NCBI GenBank assembly: GCA_049698775.1
Contig: JBAVYM010000049.1
Location: forward strand, 41,958 to 105,957
Direction: 5' to 3'
Length of the DNA: 64,000 nucleotides
Source: Gammaproteobacteria bacterium
Lineage (GTDB): Bacteria; Pseudomonadota; Gammaproteobacteria; Natronospirales; REEB76
Positions within the stretch are counted from its first letter, which is position 1; each line of letters opens with the position of its first letter. Below are positions 8,423 to 24,100 of this stretch, in pieces. The notes beneath the pieces were generated by a model, which saw only the letters and a list, made by a program, of their open reading frames with translations, was not told the DNA's origin and made no database searches. Both the position numbers and the translations under genes were made by a program.

Positions 8423-11400
8423 CTAGCCGACCCAGGCCCGTGCGTTTCTAAACATCCGCAACCACGGCGAATCTTCCTCCCAGTCGCGCGGGTGCCAGGA
8501 CATCTGCACGCTACGGCGCACCCGCTCCGGATGCGGCATCAGCAAGGTATAACGGCCGTCGGTATTGGTGATGCCCGCCAACCCCAACGGGGAACCGTTG
8601 GGGTTGGCGGGATAACATTCCGTGACGCGCTCGTGGTTATCCACGAAACGCAGCGCCACGCGACCGCTCGTCAGAAGCTGCTGGCCACCGTCCAACCTGG
8701 CGAATTCGGCGCGGCCTTCGCCGTGCGCCACCACGATGGGCAGCACCGAGCCTTCCATGCCGGTGAAAAACAGCGAGGCGGACGGCTGAATTTCCACCAG
8801 GCTAAGCCGACCTTCGAACTGTTCAGAAGCGTTACGCACGAACTGTGGCCAACCCACGGTGCCAGGAATGAGATCACCGAGCGCGGCCATCATCTGGCAG
8901 CCGTTGCAGACACCGAGACCGAAACTGTCATCCCGGTCAAAGAACCGCCCGAATTCATCGCGCGCCCGCGGATTGAACAGGATGGATTTGGCCCAGCCTT
9001 GGCCTGCGCCCAGTACATCACCGTAGGAAAAGCCACCGCACGCGACGATGCCGGAGTAATCCGTCAGACTTACACGCCCCTCGCAAATATCGGTCATGTG
9101 CACATCCAGGGCGGCGAAGCCTGCGCGGTCAAAGGCCGCCGCCATTTCGGTCTGGCCATTCACGCCCTGCTCCCGCAACACCGCCACCCGCGGACGCAAT
9201 CCCTTGGCGATGAAGAACGCCGCCACGTCTTCGCTGGGGTCAAAATTCAGTCGTGCGTGCAGGCCGGGATTCTCGGCAAGTTTGGACTCGAATTCCTGCT
9301 GTGCGCCCTCCGGGTTATCGCGCAGCCGCTGCATATGAAAGCTGGTTTCACTCCAGGCGCGCTGGAGCTCAACCCGCTCGACATCCAGTACAACCTGCCC
9401 ACCGTGGCTGAAAATCATGCGCTCGTGATCCTGCGGCATGCCCAGTACCGGCACGTTCAGCAAACCGTGACCGGCAAATATGCGCTGCGCCAGCGGCACA
9501 TCCTCTGCGCGCACCTGGATGACGGCGCCGGCTTCCTCGGCAAACAATGCCGCCAAAACATCACCCCCCGCCTCATCGAGACGCGCTTCAATCCCGCAAT
9601 GGGATGCGAAGGCCATTTCACAAAGCGTTACAAATAACCCCCCGTCGGAGCGATCGTGATAGGCGAGCAGCCGTTCGGCGGCATTCAGTTCCTGTATGGC
9701 CGCAAAGAAACCATGCAGCGCGGCAGCACTGTCCAGATCCGGGACTGCGCCGCCCGTCTGCCCATACACCTGAGCCAGACACGATCCCCCCAGGCGATTC
9801 TTGCCGCCGCCAAGATCAATCAACAGCAAGCGTGTTTCCCCCGCCGCCATCCGCAATTGTGGCGTCAAGGTGCGGCGCACGTCGTTCACCGGCGCAAACG
9901 CAGAAACAATCAGGGACACTGGCGCCGTCATATTCAGGGATTCACCGCCCTGCTCCCATATGGTTTTCATGGACAGCGAATCCTTGCCCACCGGGATGGT
10001 GATGTTCAACGCCACGCACAACTCGCTCACCGCCTTGACGGTATCGTAGAGTGCGGCATCCTCGCCTGGTTGTCCGCAGGCCGCCATCCAGTTCGCCGAC
10101 AGGCGTACCTGATCGAGCGCACCAATATCTGCCGCAGCGATGTTGGTAAGCGCCTCGGCCACCGCCATACGGCCAGATGCTGGAGCATCAATCACCGCCG
10201 ACGGTGTGCGCTCGCCCATGGCCATCGCCTCACCGCAGTAACCGTCGTAGCTTGCGGCAGTCACGGCCAGATCGCTCACCGGCACCTGCCAGGGCCCGAC
10301 CATCTGGTCGCGGCATACCAATCCGCCGACGCTGCGGTCGCCGATGGTGATAAGAAAACCCTTGTCCGCCACTGCCGGCAGTCGCAGCACCCGTAATGCC
10401 GCATCCTGCAGCCCGATCCCGGCCGTATCAAATTGATGCGATATTGCGGCAAGGCGCCTGACTTCCAGCAATTTTTTGGGCGGCTTCCCGAACAACACAT
10501 CCATCGGCATATTCACGGGCCGGTTCTTGAAGTGCGGATCCGACACCACCAGTTGATGTTTGCCGGTGGCTTCACCGATGACGGCGAATGGGCAACGCTC
10601 GCGTTGGCAAATGCGGGTGAATTCCGTAAACTGCTCCGGCATCACCGCCAGCACGTAGCGCTCCTGAGCCTCGTTGCACCAGATTTCCATGGGCGCCATG
10701 CCTGGCTCGTCATTCGGAATGTCGCGCAAATCCAGCATGCCGCCCCGGGCGCTGGTTTCCAGGATTTCCGGAACGGCATTGGACAGTCCGCCGGCTCCCA
10801 CATCGTGTATCGAAAGAATCGGGTTGGCTTCGCCCAGGGCCCAACAAGCATCAATGACTTCCTGGGCACGCCGCTGTATCTCCGGATTGCCACGTTGCAC
10901 CGAAGCGAAATCCAGATCCTCGATACCGGTGCCACTCGCCACGCTGGAGGCCGCGCCACCGCCCAAACCTATCTTCATGGCGGGACCGCCCAATACAATC
11001 ACCTTGGCGCCTGCCGGTAATGACTGTTTATCCACATGCGGCGCGCGCACATTTCCGAGGCCGCCCGCGATCATGATCGGTTTGTGATAGCCGCGCAGGC
11101 ATCCATTGACTTCCTGTTCATAGGTGCGGAAATAGCCGTTGAGCGCCGGCCGGCCGAATTCATTGTTGAACGAAGCCGCACCAATCGGACCTTCCAGCAT
11201 GATGTCCAGTGCCGAGGCCACGTGCAAAGGCTTGCCGTGATCCTTTTCCCAGGGTTGTTCAAAGCCGGGAATCCGCAGATTGGAAACCGAAAACCCGGTG
11301 AGCCCTGCCTTGGGCTTGGCGCCGCGGCCGGTTGCGCCCTCATCGCGGATCTCGCCGCCGGCGCCGGTGGCCGCGCCTGGAAACGGCGAGATGGCGGTGG

Positions 11401-12298
11401 GATGGTTGTGGGTCTCGACTTTCATGAGGATATGGATATCTTCCTCATGCCGTACATAAGCCTTGTCTGCGGGACGCGGAAAGAAGCGTCCGCCTTTATG
11501 TCCTTCAATGACCGCCGCATTGTCACGATAGGCGGAGAGCACACCCCGAGAATTGTGCTCATGGGTGCGGTGGATCATGTCGAAAGGTGAATCCTTCTGC
11601 GGCTCGCCATCAATAACCCAATCGCCGCGGAAGATCTTGTGGCGGCTGTGCTCGGAATTCACCTGCGCGAACATCATGAGTTCCGCGTCGGTGGGATTAC
11701 GCTTGAGCTTCTTGAAACTCCTGACCAGATAATCCATCTCCTCGCCGGACAGCGCAAAACCGTATTCCCGATTCATCTTTTCCAGTGCTCGCCGACCACC
11801 CTTGAGGACAGCGACAGTCTTGAGTGCAGTCGGCTCGGTCTGATGGAAAAGCCCAGCCGCTTCATCTGTGTTGAAAAGCACTGTCTGGGTCATGCGATCG
11901 TGCAAGCTGTGCGCAACGCGCAGCAAACGGCTGCGATGCAGTGATGCACCGGAGTGGGTGAGATAGAACGCCATCCCGCGTTCGATGCGGCGGATCTTGT
12001 TCAGGCCGCAATTGTGAGCGATGTCGGTAGCCTTGCTGGCCCAGGGCGACACCGTACCGAAGCGCGGCACGCATAACAGCAGCGACCCGGATGGCGGCTG
12101 TTTCGCAGACAGTGGGCCTTCGGCCAGCAATTCATGCAAAACGCGTTCTTCACCCGCGCTTAGTGAGCCGCTGGTATTCACGAAATAGTGGAATTCGGCT
12201 GCCAGACCGGACACATCCGGCACCAGCGTGCGCAGAACGGCAAGCAGTTTCTGGATGCGGAATTCGGAAAGGGCCGGGCCACCACGGAATTGCAGCAT
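8423..12298 (-). CDS. purL: phosphoribosylformylglycinamidine synthase, single-chain large form
   Basis: 1291 aa with full-length PurL resemblance, including the C-terminal glutaminase domain (GVCNGCQMM). Confidence 0.97.
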   Translation of the reverse strand: MLQFRGGPALSEFRIQKLLAVLRTLVPDVSGLAAEFHYFVNTSGSLSAGEERVLHELLAEGPLSAKQPPSGSLLLCVPRFGTVSPWASKATDIAHNCGLNKIRRIERGMAFYLTHSGASLHRSRLLRVAHSLHDRMTQTVLFNTDEAAGLFHQTEPTALKTVAVLKGGRRALEKMNREYGFALSGEEMDYLVRSFKKLKRNPTDAELMMFAQVNSEHSRHKIFRGDWVIDGEPQKDSPFDMIHRTHEHNSRGVLSAYRDNAAVIEGHKGGRFFPRPADKAYVRHEEDIHILMKVETHNHPTAISPFPGAATGAGGEIRDEGATGRGAKPKAGLTGFSVSNLRIPGFEQPWEKDHGKPLHVASALDIMLEGPIGAASFNNEFGRPALNGYFRTYEQEVNGCLRGYHKPIMIAGGLGNVRAPHVDKQSLPAGAKVIVLGGPAMKIGLGGGAASSVASGTGIEDLDFASVQRGNPEIQRRAQEVIDACWALGEANPILSIHDVGAGGLSNAVPEILETSARGGMLDLRDIPNDEPGMAPMEIWCNEAQERYVLAVMPEQFTEFTRICQRERCPFAVIGEATGKHQLVVSDPHFKNRPVNMPMDVLFGKPPKKLLEVRRLAAISHQFDTAGIGLQDAALRVLRLPAVADKGFLITIGDRSVGGLVCRDQMVGPWQVPVSDLAVTAASYDGYCGEAMAMGERTPSAVIDAPASGRMAVAEALTNIAAADIGALDQVRLSANWMAACGQPGEDAALYDTVKAVSELCVALNITIPVGKDSLSMKTIWEQGGESLNMTAPVSLIVSAFAPVNDVRRTLTPQLRMAAGETRLLLIDLGGGKNRLGGSCLAQVYGQTGGAVPDLDSAAALHGFFAAIQELNAAERLLAYHDRSDGGLFVTLCEMAFASHCGIEARLDEAGGDVLAALFAEEAGAVIQVRAEDVPLAQRIFAGHGLLNVPVLGMPQDHERMIFSHGGQVVLDVERVELQRAWSETSFHMQRLRDNPEGAQQEFESKLAENPGLHARLNFDPSEDVAAFFIAKGLRPRVAVLREQGVNGQTEMAAAFDRAGFAALDVHMTDICEGRVSLTDYSGIVACGGFSYGDVLGAGQGWAKSILFNPRARDEFGRFFDRDDSFGLGVCNGCQMMAALGDLIPGTVGWPQFVRNASEQFEGRLSLVEIQPSASLFFTGMEGSVLPIVVAHGEGRAEFARLDGGQQLLTSGRVALRFVDNHERVTECYPANPNGSPLGLAGITNTDGRYTLLMPHPERVRRSVQMSWHPRDWEEDSPWLRMFRNARAWVG

Positions 12299-12368
12299 GA
12301 TCGGTCCTGGGGAAAGAACGGATGTGCATTTTACCGGAAGCCCACGCTGCCCTCCAGTTCAATGCAAT

Positions 12369-13130
12369 TCAGTTCAGTTCGCGCCAGCCAAGCCCTCCAT
12401 CCTGTGTCGCCACCTCAATCCGGTCATGCGCGCAGCCCAACGCCACGCCCAATGCCTCGCGGACCCGATCTGGCGTGTTGTTCTTTTCGCTCAAATGCGC
12501 CGCCACCAAATGCTGCAAATGTGTGCAATCCAGGTCCGCCAGCAGCGCCGCCGCCTGGGCATTGCTCAAATGGCCCAATGGGCCGCCCACCCGTTGTTTG
12601 AGGCTGGCCGGGTAGGGTCCGTTCTCCAGTAGGTCACGATCGTGATTGCACTCAAGAATGAGCCCATCACAGCCCTCCAGTAGGCGGCGGATATGGCTGG
12701 TGATGTGACCGGTGTCGGTGAGCAGGCCCAATCTGTGCTTGCCGTCGCCGAATACGAACTGGGTGGGTTCACGCGCGTCGTGCGGTACCGTGAGCGGCAT
12801 GATCAGCAAACCGTCGAGCTGAAAATCCGCCTGTGGATCGAAAAGTTCCGCGTCTTCCAGACCTATTTTTCCGCAACCCGCGAGCGTGCCCATGGTGCAA
12901 TGGACCGGGATACCATAACGGCCCGCGAACCGAACGATGCCGTTCACATGATCGGCATGCTCGTGTGTGATCAAGATGGCGCTAATGTCGTCGGGAGCAA
13001 TTTCCAATCGCGCCAAACGCGTGACCGTCTCGGTCGCTGAAAAGCCGCAATCCACCATGACGCAGGTTCGACCGGACTGCACCAGCGCGGCATTACCACG
13101 GCTGCCGCTGCCCAGCAGTGCGAAGCGCAC
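12369..13130 (-). CDS. MBL-fold metallo-hydrolase
   Basis: 253 aa with the HEHADH metal-binding motif and an N-terminus MRFALLGSGSRGNA typical of YycJ/PhnP-like beta-lactamase-fold proteins. Confidence 0.8.
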   Translation of the reverse strand: MRFALLGSGSRGNAALVQSGRTCVMVDCGFSATETVTRLARLEIAPDDISAILITHEHADHVNGIVRFAGRYGIPVHCTMGTLAGCGKIGLEDAELFDPQADFQLDGLLIMPLTVPHDAREPTQFVFGDGKHRLGLLTDTGHITSHIRRLLEGCDGLILECNHDRDLLENGPYPASLKQRVGGPLGHLSNAQAAALLADLDCTHLQHLVAAHLSEKNNTPDRVREALGVALGCAHDRIEVATQDGGLGWRELN

Positions 13131-13164
13131 TAGCGGCGCAACTCCGGTTTGGTGGCGAAGCGTG

Positions 13165-13500
13165 TCATTTCTTCTGGGTGCCGGGCGTATACACCGGCAT
13201 GGGGAAAGGCGTCACGTTGGAACCGCCCTCGATGGCAATGATCTTGGCGGTGCCCTCGTGCGCCACCTCGTCAATCCGAACGATCATGTGCATGGGTATG
13301 TACGTGCGCTTGACGCCGGCGAATTCATCCTTGAGTTTTTCCTCGCTGGGATCGAGCACCACGCCGGAGCGTTCGCCGAACACCAACTGCTCGATCTCAA
13401 TGAAGCCCCAGAAGCCGTCCTGACTCACCTTGCGGGCGTAGACCTCGTAGATCTTGCCCTGGTTCATGAAGGTGACTTTGTAGATGTGACGTGTGGCCAT
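13165..13500 (-). CDS. DUF1820-family protein
   Basis: 111 aa. The N-terminus (IYKVTFMNQGKIYEVYARKVSQ...) matches my recollection of DUF1820 proteins. Function unknown. Confidence 0.6.
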   Translation of the reverse strand: MATRHIYKVTFMNQGKIYEVYARKVSQDGFWGFIEIEQLVFGERSGVVLDPSEEKLKDEFAGVKRTYIPMHMIVRIDEVAHEGTAKIIAIEGGSNVTPFPMPVYTPGTQKK

Positions 13501-13575
13501 ATGTGCTGCTATTTGATTGCCCGGCTAATTCTAGCGGACTAGCAGAGAAATGGCCCCACCTGGGACCATTTATTG

Positions 13576-13666
13576 TGGCGGAGAGGGTGGGATTCGAACC
13601 CACGTGGGGCGTAAGCCCCCAACCGATTTCGAGTCGGTGCCGTTGTGACCGCTTCGGTACCTCTCC
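13576..13666 (-). tRNA. tRNA-Ser (anticodon CGA)
   Basis: The reverse complement reads GGAGAGGTACCGAAGCGG...ACCGACTCGAAATCGGT...long variable arm...GGTTCGAATCCCACCCTCTCCGCCA. Anticodon loop is CT-CGA-AA; class II tRNA with encoded CCA. Confidence 0.9.
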
Positions 13667-13721
13667 AGTACGACGCGCATACCACCGCGCGCGGGATTTT
13701 ACCCTATCACAACAGCACAAC

Positions 13722-14371
<650 letters not shown>

Positions 14372-14399
14372 AAATTCCTCCGATCCGGTGGTAAGAAGT

Positions 14400-15977
14400 T
14401 TATTCCCACTCAATGGTCGCGGGCGGCTTGCCGGAAATATCATAGACCACGCGCGAGATGCCGGGTGTTTCATTGACGATGCGCCGCGACACCTGATCCA
14501 GAAAATCATAGGGCAGACGCGCCCAGCGCGCCGACATGAAATCCACGGTTTCCACCGCGCGCAGCGCAATCACGTAATCGTAACGGCGGCCGTCGCCCAT
14601 GACGCCCACGGAACGCACCGGCAGAAACACCGCAAACGCCTGGCTTACCTTGTCGTATAACCCCTCCTTGCGCAGCTCTTCCATATATATAGAGTCCGCC
14701 TTGCGCAGCAGATCGGCATATTCCTTCTTCACTTCACCGAGGATACGCACACCGAGGCCAGGGCCAGGGAAGGGATGGCGGTACACCATGTCGCGCGGCA
14801 GGCCGAGTTCGATACCGAGCCTGCGTACTTCATCCTTGAACAGCTCGCGCAAAGGTTCAAGCAGTTTCAAGCGCATGTGCGCCGGCAGGCCACCCACATT
14901 GTGATGTGACTTTATGACATGGGCCTTGCCACTGGCGGCCGCGGATTCGATCACGTCGGGATAAATGGTGCCTTGGGCCAGCCATTTCACATCCTTGAGC
15001 CGGGCCGCTTCCTCTTCAAATACCTCGATGAACAACTTGCCGATGAGTTTGCGCTTCTGCTCCGGATCCGTGATGTCCTTGAGCACGGCAAGAAAGCGCG
15101 CTTCCGCGTCCACGCGAATCACGCGCGCACCCATGTGGCGCGCGAACGTGTCCATGACCTGATCGCCTTCGTGCAGACGCAACAGGCCGGTATCCACGAA
15201 CACACAGGTAAGCTGACCGCCGATGGCACGATGCAGTAACGCGGCGGCGACGGAGGAATCCACGCCGCCGGATAGGCCCAGCAGCACCTTGTCCGCTCCG
15301 ACTTTTCCGCGCACGCTCTGAATGGCATCTTCAATAATGCTCGCTGTATTCCACAGCGGTTTGCAGCCGCACAAATCCAGCACGAAGCGTGCCAGTATCT
15401 TTCCGCCCTGGCGAGTCTGGGTCACTTCCGGGTGGAACTGCACACCGTAGAATCGGCGCACATCGTCGGACATGGCTGCACAGGCCGCATCATGCGATAT
15501 GCCGGTACATGTGAATCCCGGCGGCAACTGCGTAACCGAATCACCGTGATTCATCATGACTTCGAGCATCATCTTTCCCTGTTCGCTCTTCTGATCCTCG
15601 ATGCCGTCCAGCAGCTGGGATGGTGCGGTGATGGTCAGGTATTCCACGCCGAATTCGCGGTGTGCCTCAGACTCCACCTTGCCGCCGAGTTGCACGGCCA
15701 TGTCCTGCATGCCGTAGCAAATGCCGAACACCGGCACGCCCAGCTCGAATACCGCGTGCGGTGTTTTTGGCGTCGCGTCGCCCACCACGGATTCCGGCCC
15801 GCCGGAAAGAATCACGCCGCGGGGTGCGATCTCACGAATCGCTGCATCATCCATATCCGGCGAATGGACCGCGCAGAATACGCCACTCTCGCGCACCCGG
15901 CGCGCGATGAGTTGAGTCCACTGTGAACCGAAATCTAGGATCAGGATGCAATCGGAGTGGATATCAGAGCTTGGCAT
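14400..15977 (-). CDS. guaA: GMP synthase (glutamine-hydrolysing)
   Basis: 525 aa with a GATase domain (ICYGMQ), ATP-PPase SGGVDSS motif, and conserved C-terminus KPPATIEWE. Confidence 0.97.
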   Translation of the reverse strand: MPSSDIHSDCILILDFGSQWTQLIARRVRESGVFCAVHSPDMDDAAIREIAPRGVILSGGPESVVGDATPKTPHAVFELGVPVFGICYGMQDMAVQLGGKVESEAHREFGVEYLTITAPSQLLDGIEDQKSEQGKMMLEVMMNHGDSVTQLPPGFTCTGISHDAACAAMSDDVRRFYGVQFHPEVTQTRQGGKILARFVLDLCGCKPLWNTASIIEDAIQSVRGKVGADKVLLGLSGGVDSSVAAALLHRAIGGQLTCVFVDTGLLRLHEGDQVMDTFARHMGARVIRVDAEARFLAVLKDITDPEQKRKLIGKLFIEVFEEEAARLKDVKWLAQGTIYPDVIESAAASGKAHVIKSHHNVGGLPAHMRLKLLEPLRELFKDEVRRLGIELGLPRDMVYRHPFPGPGLGVRILGEVKKEYADLLRKADSIYMEELRKEGLYDKVSQAFAVFLPVRSVGVMGDGRRYDYVIALRAVETVDFMSARWARLPYDFLDQVSRRIVNETPGISRVVYDISGKPPATIEWE

Positions 15978-16061
15978 GAATATTTCCGCCAGGGACGTTG
16001 TGCGTGCTGCACAAGAAAGTGTCGTTCAGATTTTCACGCAGCACGCAGTACTCAGCACCTC

Positions 16062-19032
<2,971 letters not shown>

Positions 19033-19036
<4 letters not shown>

Positions 19037-19872
19037 AAAGTCCATTTTTAATTCTCATTGCAGGTTTGTTTCCAATCGCTGCATTCGCGGCCGCGCTGCC
19101 AAACAACGAACCGGTTCCGGGCGGTGTGGTGATCATCGCGCTGCCCGCTTCGGCTACAGCGCCGGTGGTACATTTCGACGGGCACCGCATCATGGTGGTA
19201 AACCATGACCACCGCTGGTACGCGGTGACCGGCATCCCGCTCTCCACTTCACCCGGCGATAAAATGCTGGCGGTACGCATCGCCCATCAGCCACCGCTGC
19301 AACTCAAATTCAGCATTGTTCCCAAGGCATATCCTGAACAGCGGCTCGTCATCAAGAATCCGAAACTGGTGAATCCGTCGGCCAAGGAACTGGATCGCAT
19401 TGAGCGGGAACAGGCGCATCTTTACCACGTGCTCAATACCTGGGTTCCGGACCGCACACCCGATCTCAGCTTCATCTGGCCGGCAAAAGGTCCCGAAACC
19501 AGCGGCTTCGGTCTGCGGCGATTTTACAACGGTGAAGAGCGCAGCCCACACAGCGGCATAGACATCGGCGCGCCGGCGGGTTCGCCGGTATTGGCGCCGG
19601 CCACCGGCGTGGTGGCGGACGCGGGCCATTACTATTTCTGCGGACACACGCTGACCATTGATCTGGGCCAGGGCCTGTACAGCGTGTATTGCCACATGGA
19701 CAAAATTGCAGTGAAACGCGGACAAGCAGTGAAACCCGGCGAACTGGTAGGCACCATCGGCGCAACCGGCCGCACCACCGGACCCAACCTGCACTGGACC
19801 GTGAGCCTGAACGGCACGCCGGTAGACCCACACGCATTCATTCCAGCGAGCGCGATTCCTTCTTCCAAGTAG
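19033..19872 (+). CDS. M23-family metallopeptidase, secreted
   Basis: 279 aa with a signal peptide, an HSGIDIGAP motif and C-terminal GPNLHW typical of LytM/M23. ATGA overlap with xseA. Confidence 0.85.
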
Positions 19873-19927
19873 GGTGTCATACAGCGCAACATGTTTTAAT
19901 AGTCGCGGTGTATAACGCCACTCCTAC
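19869..19927. repeat. REP pair (inverted, BIME-like)
   Basis: GTAGGGTGTCATACAGCGCAAC (19869..19890), an 11-nt spacer, then GTCGCGGTGTATAACGCCACTCCTAC (19902..19927). Same architecture as 22381..22442. Confidence 0.8.
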
Positions 19928-19955
19928 ACAAAATTAAACCTGATTTTGTTGTGGG

Positions 19956-21092
19956 CTATATACCCGCGAGAAAATCGCCGACCACGGGGCGGAAGCGGTC
20001 CATGTCCACCAGAAATGAATCATGCCCCTGCTTGGAAGGCAGCGGCACATATTGAGTCTCGACGCCAGCCTGCCGCAAAGCCTCCGCCAGCTCCTGCTGT
20101 TGATGCAGCGGAAACAGGATGTCCGTCTCCACGCCAATGACCAGGGCATTTTTCAAGCGCAGGTGTTTGAAGGCTTTCGCTACCGTGCCGCCGTGTTCGG
20201 CCACGTCGAACAAGTCCATGGCACGCGACAGGTATAAATAGGAATTGGCGTCGAAGCCGCCCACGAAGGCGCGCGCACGGGATTCCAGATAGGACTCGAC
20301 TTCGAACTCGATGCCAAACGGTTCCTGACCGGCACGATCGGCGCGCTCACGGCCGAAACGTTCGGTCCATTCGCGCGCCGAGCGATACGACATCATGCCG
20401 AGCTTGCGCGCGAGACGCATGCCCTCGCGCGGCCCATCGCCGGGCGGATAATTGCCGCCCTGCCAGCCACTGTCATTGCGGATCAGCTCGCGCTGCAGCG
20501 AACGCACGGCGATGGCGAAAGGTTCTGAATGTGTGGCAGAAGACAGACTCACCAGCACCTCCGCCGACTCGGGATAAAGCAGCGCATAGGCGAGCGCGCT
20601 CATACCGCCAAGCGACGGTCCCATCACCACCCGCACGCGCCCAATGCCCAACGCTACCAGCAGCGCGTGGGCCGCAGCCGCAATGTCCTCAACCGTAAGC
20701 GTGGGGAACGTCAGCGCATAGGGTTTGCCGGTGGCGGGATTCACGAACGCCGGGCCGGTGGAACCGAAGCAACTGCCGAGCGAGTTGATGCACACCACGT
20801 GGAAACGATGCGTGTCCACCGGCTTGCCCGGTCCCACCATCTCTTCCCACCAGCCGGGTGCGGGATCGGCCGGCGAGGACGCAGCATGTGCCGAGGGCGA
20901 CAGTCCGGTGAACAACAGCAACACATTGTCTTTGGCGGGCGCCAGTTTGCCCCAGGTTTCATAAGCGATCTGCACTTCTGGAAGCTCACCGCCCAGGCGC
21001 ATAGCAAACGGCGCCGGCAGCGTCAGCACCCGCCGCGCGGGCGCCGCGATTGGCGCGGCATCGTCACTATGAACAGCAAGCCTGGGTTTCAT
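19956..21092 (-). CDS. metX: homoserine O-acyltransferase (MetX-family alpha/beta hydrolase)
   Basis: 378 aa with typical MetX blocks (NVLLLFTGLSPSAHAAS, FHVVCINSLGSCFGSTGP, GPSLGGMSAL nucleophile elbow). Acetyl versus succinyl specificity cannot be read from the sequence. Confidence 0.8.
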   Translation of the reverse strand: MKPRLAVHSDDAAPIAAPARRVLTLPAPFAMRLGGELPEVQIAYETWGKLAPAKDNVLLLFTGLSPSAHAASSPADPAPGWWEEMVGPGKPVDTHRFHVVCINSLGSCFGSTGPAFVNPATGKPYALTFPTLTVEDIAAAAHALLVALGIGRVRVVMGPSLGGMSALAYALLYPESAEVLVSLSSATHSEPFAIAVRSLQRELIRNDSGWQGGNYPPGDGPREGMRLARKLGMMSYRSAREWTERFGRERADRAGQEPFGIEFEVESYLESRARAFVGGFDANSYLYLSRAMDLFDVAEHGGTVAKAFKHLRLKNALVIGVETDILFPLHQQQELAEALRQAGVETQYVPLPSKQGHDSFLVDMDRFRPVVGDFLAGI

Positions 21093-21125
21093 GGGTGGAT
21101 ATTCTGCCTGATGCGTGAGGCAGCG

Positions 21126-22175
21126 TCATCTCAGCACAAGCCATGCCCAGGTGAGCGCGCCCACCACCATGCAGAACGGCAGCGACCATGCATGAAACGC
21201 CAACAGGCTGCCGCGCTGCCGGCCGATGCGCAACGCAATCAGGTTGGCGAGTGAAGCGATGATTAAACCGAAACCGCCTATATCCACCGCCCAGGCGATA
21301 GTGCTCCAGTCATCGGAATACCTGGAGAGCAGGATCGCGGCCGGCACATTGCTGATGATCTGCGAACTGACGGCGCCGGTGATGTACAGCGCGCCGGAAT
21401 GCGCCAGGTTCACATACGCCAGTACCGGATACTGGGCGAGGCGTCCGAGATCAATGAACATGAGCACGAACACCAGCAGCAGCGGCCAATCAATCTGCCG
21501 CAACAGGCGCGGAAAGCCGATGAGAAACACCGTCGCCACCATGATCAGGCCGACCCAGACAAAGTGCAGGTCCGCCAGCACCAGAAACGGTATATATAGG
21601 AGTGCCGATGCCAGCAGCAGGGGCCGGCGAACGGCGGGCGCCGGCGGATTCCCGCCCGCCTGCACGCCCCGGCCGGGGAATGCCAGCAGCGTCAGCAACA
21701 GCAGGCACAGGCTCGCGATAATGAACGGCGGCAGCATGTGCAGCACAAACACGCCAAAATCCACGCGCGACAACTGCCACAGAAAAATGTTCTGCGGGTT
21801 GCCGATGGGCGTGAGCATGGAGCCGGCATTCACCGCCAGTGCCTCAAAAATCACCAGCCGCCGCAATGGCAAGCGCGCCAGCTCGCCGAGGCCGAGCGTC
21901 AAAGGCACGACCACAAACAGTGCAATGTCGTTGGTGAGCAGCATGGCCAGCAAACCGGAACCGCATACCAGGAACAACGCCAGCCGTCGCTCGTCGGCGA
22001 TGTGCGCAATGATTTGCGCGCCTATGCGGTGCAACCATCCGCTCAACTCCACGCCTTTGGTGAGCATCATGAGACCCAGCAGCGTGCCGATGGTGGGCCA
22101 GTTCACCAGATTTATATATGAGGGAATTCCCTGTGGCGCCACTGCGCTCAACACAATCAGCGCCGCTACCAGCAC
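21126..22175 (-). CDS. ArsB/NhaD-superfamily anion permease (SLC13/CitMHS-like)
   Basis: 349 aa polytopic membrane protein with blocks LTNDIALFVVVP and MLTPIGNPQNIFLW typical of this permease superfamily. GTG start; the N-terminus may be mis-set. Confidence 0.7.
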   Translation of the reverse strand: MLVAALIVLSAVAPQGIPSYINLVNWPTIGTLLGLMMLTKGVELSGWLHRIGAQIIAHIADERRLALFLVCGSGLLAMLLTNDIALFVVVPLTLGLGELARLPLRRLVIFEALAVNAGSMLTPIGNPQNIFLWQLSRVDFGVFVLHMLPPFIIASLCLLLLTLLAFPGRGVQAGGNPPAPAVRRPLLLASALLYIPFLVLADLHFVWVGLIMVATVFLIGFPRLLRQIDWPLLLVFVLMFIDLGRLAQYPVLAYVNLAHSGALYITGAVSSQIISNVPAAILLSRYSDDWSTIAWAVDIGGFGLIIASLANLIALRIGRQRGSLLAFHAWSLPFCMVVGALTWAWLVLR

Positions 22176-22329
22176 CCACAGGAAATAATCCCGGCGTAAT
22201 GAATACGTTGGACGGATGTTTTCGGGGAGACTGTTGCGGGGCGCAGCTGGCTGGGGCGAAATGTTAATGAAGAAATCCTTGGCTATTGGTCAGGAAGCAG
22301 GATTACTTGTGCGACAAAGAATATAAGAA

Positions 22330-22472
22330 GTCGCGGCGAATGTCGCCGCTCCTACGAAATATTAATCAGGCTGGTCTTGGGTAGGAGCGCTGTCATACAG
22401 CGCGACGGTTTTAATGGTCGCGGCGTGTGACGCCGCTCCTACAAAAATCGCAGCGAGTGTCGCCGCGCTTAC
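22330..22472. repeat. cluster of four REP units
   Basis: 22330..22355 (-), 22381..22406 (+), 22417..22442 (-), and a degenerate unit at 22448..22472 (-). Consensus is GTAGGAGCGGYG-N5-CRCCGCGAC, i.e. GTAG plus a hairpin. Confidence 0.8.
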
Positions 22473-22483
22473 AATCCAACACA

Positions 22484-24100
22484 TCAAATCAGCGTCAACG
22501 GCGCCCGGCACCAGCGTTGCAAGACGTCGCTGCTGACGTAGCCGACTTGCGCAGCTTCCGCCAGCAAGGCAGCCGTGTACGTGCGCGCCAGACTGAAGGC
22601 GAAACGCCGCGCGCCCGCTTCCAGCGTTGCGGCGCCAGACTTGCCGGCGGCTTGCGGCCAGGCCAGGATGTCTTTCATGGCGCGCTGTATGGTTACGCGC
22701 AGCACCGCGAGTTCGGGACGCTGCAGGTTCTCGAGATGGCGCGCAATATCGCTGCCGAACACTTCCAGCGCTTCAGCATGTTCCAGCACGCGCAATACGT
22801 CCAGACTCAATATATTGGTGGTGCCTTCCCAGATGGACAGCACCTGGCAATCGCGCAACAGAAACGGCAGGCCGGTGTCCTCGATGTAACCCTGGCCGCC
22901 GAAACACTCCAGCACTTCACTCGCCGAAGCGATGGCCTGTTTCGCGGTATAAAGTTTCGCCACCGGCGTGAGCAAGCGCAACAGGGTCTTTTCGGTTTCA
23001 CTCGCGGCGCCGGTTTCCTCGCGCCCCAACAACACGCCCAGATGAAACACCAGATAAAAGGCACCGGTGAATTCCGCATTGAGATCGGCGAGCGTCTCGC
23101 GGTGCAGCGGATGCTCCATCAGGAATTTGCCGAATGCGCGGCGCTTGCGTGCGTAGTCTTCCGCCAGCGCCAGACCGCGGCGCATGTAGCTCACGGCGCA
23201 GACCGCATTGTAGAGCCGCGTGATATTGAGCACCGTGCTGATGGTCCTGACGCCATGCCCCGCAGAGCCGATGCGCACGGCGGGTGTGCCCTTGAGTGTC
23301 AGCTCAGCGGTGGGCAGCGCCCGGGTTCCCAGTTTGTCCTTGAGGCGATGCACAAAGATGTTGTTTAGATGGCCGTGGGCGTCGCGCAGCTCCAGCAGAA
23401 ACAGGCTCAACTTGCCCTCCGCATCCAGCGCTTCATCGCGCGCGAGGGTGATCGCGAGCTGGGAATCGGTGGCGGAAGTGAACCACTTGGTGCCGTGCAG
23501 CCGGTAGCTGCCGTTCTCCAGCAGCGCCAGGGTGGACGTGCCGCTCACGTCGGAACCGCCGGTGCGCTCGGTCATCCATTGGCCGGAGGTCCAGAACTGT
23601 AGAGGATCGCGGCTCAAAAGATGCGGCAGAAAACGCTGCTTCAGCTCCGCGTCGCCATGCAGTTCCAGGATGCGGGCGGCACCGTCGGTCATGGCCAGGG
23701 GGCAGGACGCGATCGCGGACGAGGGGTTATATAGGTATAGCCGGATAAATTGATGCAGCCTGGACCAGGCACCCTGGCGACGCTCGTAGGCGGTGGCCAC
23801 GATGCCCTCTTCCGCCGCCACCCGATGCAGGGCCTGCCAGCCGCCGGTGGTTTCGATGCGGTCCACGCGCCGGCCCCAGGGATCGTAAGGTACATGGCGC
23901 GGGGGGTGAGCCTCGGCATCGGCAGCCATGGCCAGCATGTCGCCGGCGGCACGGCCTCCCAGCCGTTCCAGGCCGGGCGCGATTTCCCGGAGCATCTCGG
24001 GCGGCAGCCGTGCCTTGAGCCAGGTCTGCAAAACCCGGTCATCCTGGTATTGATTGCCCAGAATGGGGGCATCCTGGAAGAATTCCTGATATTCGTTCAT
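22484..24100 (-). CDS. acyl-CoA dehydrogenase family protein, AidB-like
   Basis: 538 aa with an AidB-type N-terminal region (APILGNQYQDDRVLQ) and an ACAD core (IWEGTTNILSLDVLR). Confidence 0.8.
   Translation of the reverse strand: MNEYQEFFQDAPILGNQYQDDRVLQTWLKARLPPEMLREIAPGLERLGGRAAGDMLAMAADAEAHPPRHVPYDPWGRRVDRIETTGGWQALHRVAAEEGIVATAYERRQGAWSRLHQFIRLYLYNPSSAIASCPLAMTDGAARILELHGDAELKQRFLPHLLSRDPLQFWTSGQWMTERTGGSDVSGTSTLALLENGSYRLHGTKWFTSATDSQLAITLARDEALDAEGKLSLFLLELRDAHGHLNNIFVHRLKDKLGTRALPTAELTLKGTPAVRIGSAGHGVRTISTVLNITRLYNAVCAVSYMRRGLALAEDYARKRRAFGKFLMEHPLHRETLADLNAEFTGAFYLVFHLGVLLGREETGAASETEKTLLRLLTPVAKLYTAKQAIASASEVLECFGGQGYIEDTGLPFLLRDCQVLSIWEGTTNILSLDVLRVLEHAEALEVFGSDIARHLENLQRPELAVLRVTIQRAMKDILAWPQAAGKSGAATLEAGARRFAFSLARTYTAALLAEAAQVGYVSSDVLQRWCRAPLTLI

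Noticed and set aside
8303-9637. 444-aa ORF on the plus strand
   Set aside because: It is entirely antisense to purL, whose 1291-aa product has unmistakable full-length homology. The ORF's composition (Arg/Ala/Gly/His-rich) is typical of out-of-frame reading of high-GC DNA.
21093-21125. A riboswitch (SAM-type) upstream of the metX-like gene
   Set aside because: Only 33 nt separate it from the upstream permease gene, which leaves no room for a riboswitch aptamer. The two genes are probably co-transcribed.
22330-22472. Possible CRISPR array, because of short repeated palindromic units here and at 19869, 40091 and 50866
   Set aside because: The units are about 26 nt with a GTAG head. They occur in both orientations with irregular, very short spacers (about 10 nt), and there are no cas genes. 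This is REP/BIME architecture, not CRISPR.
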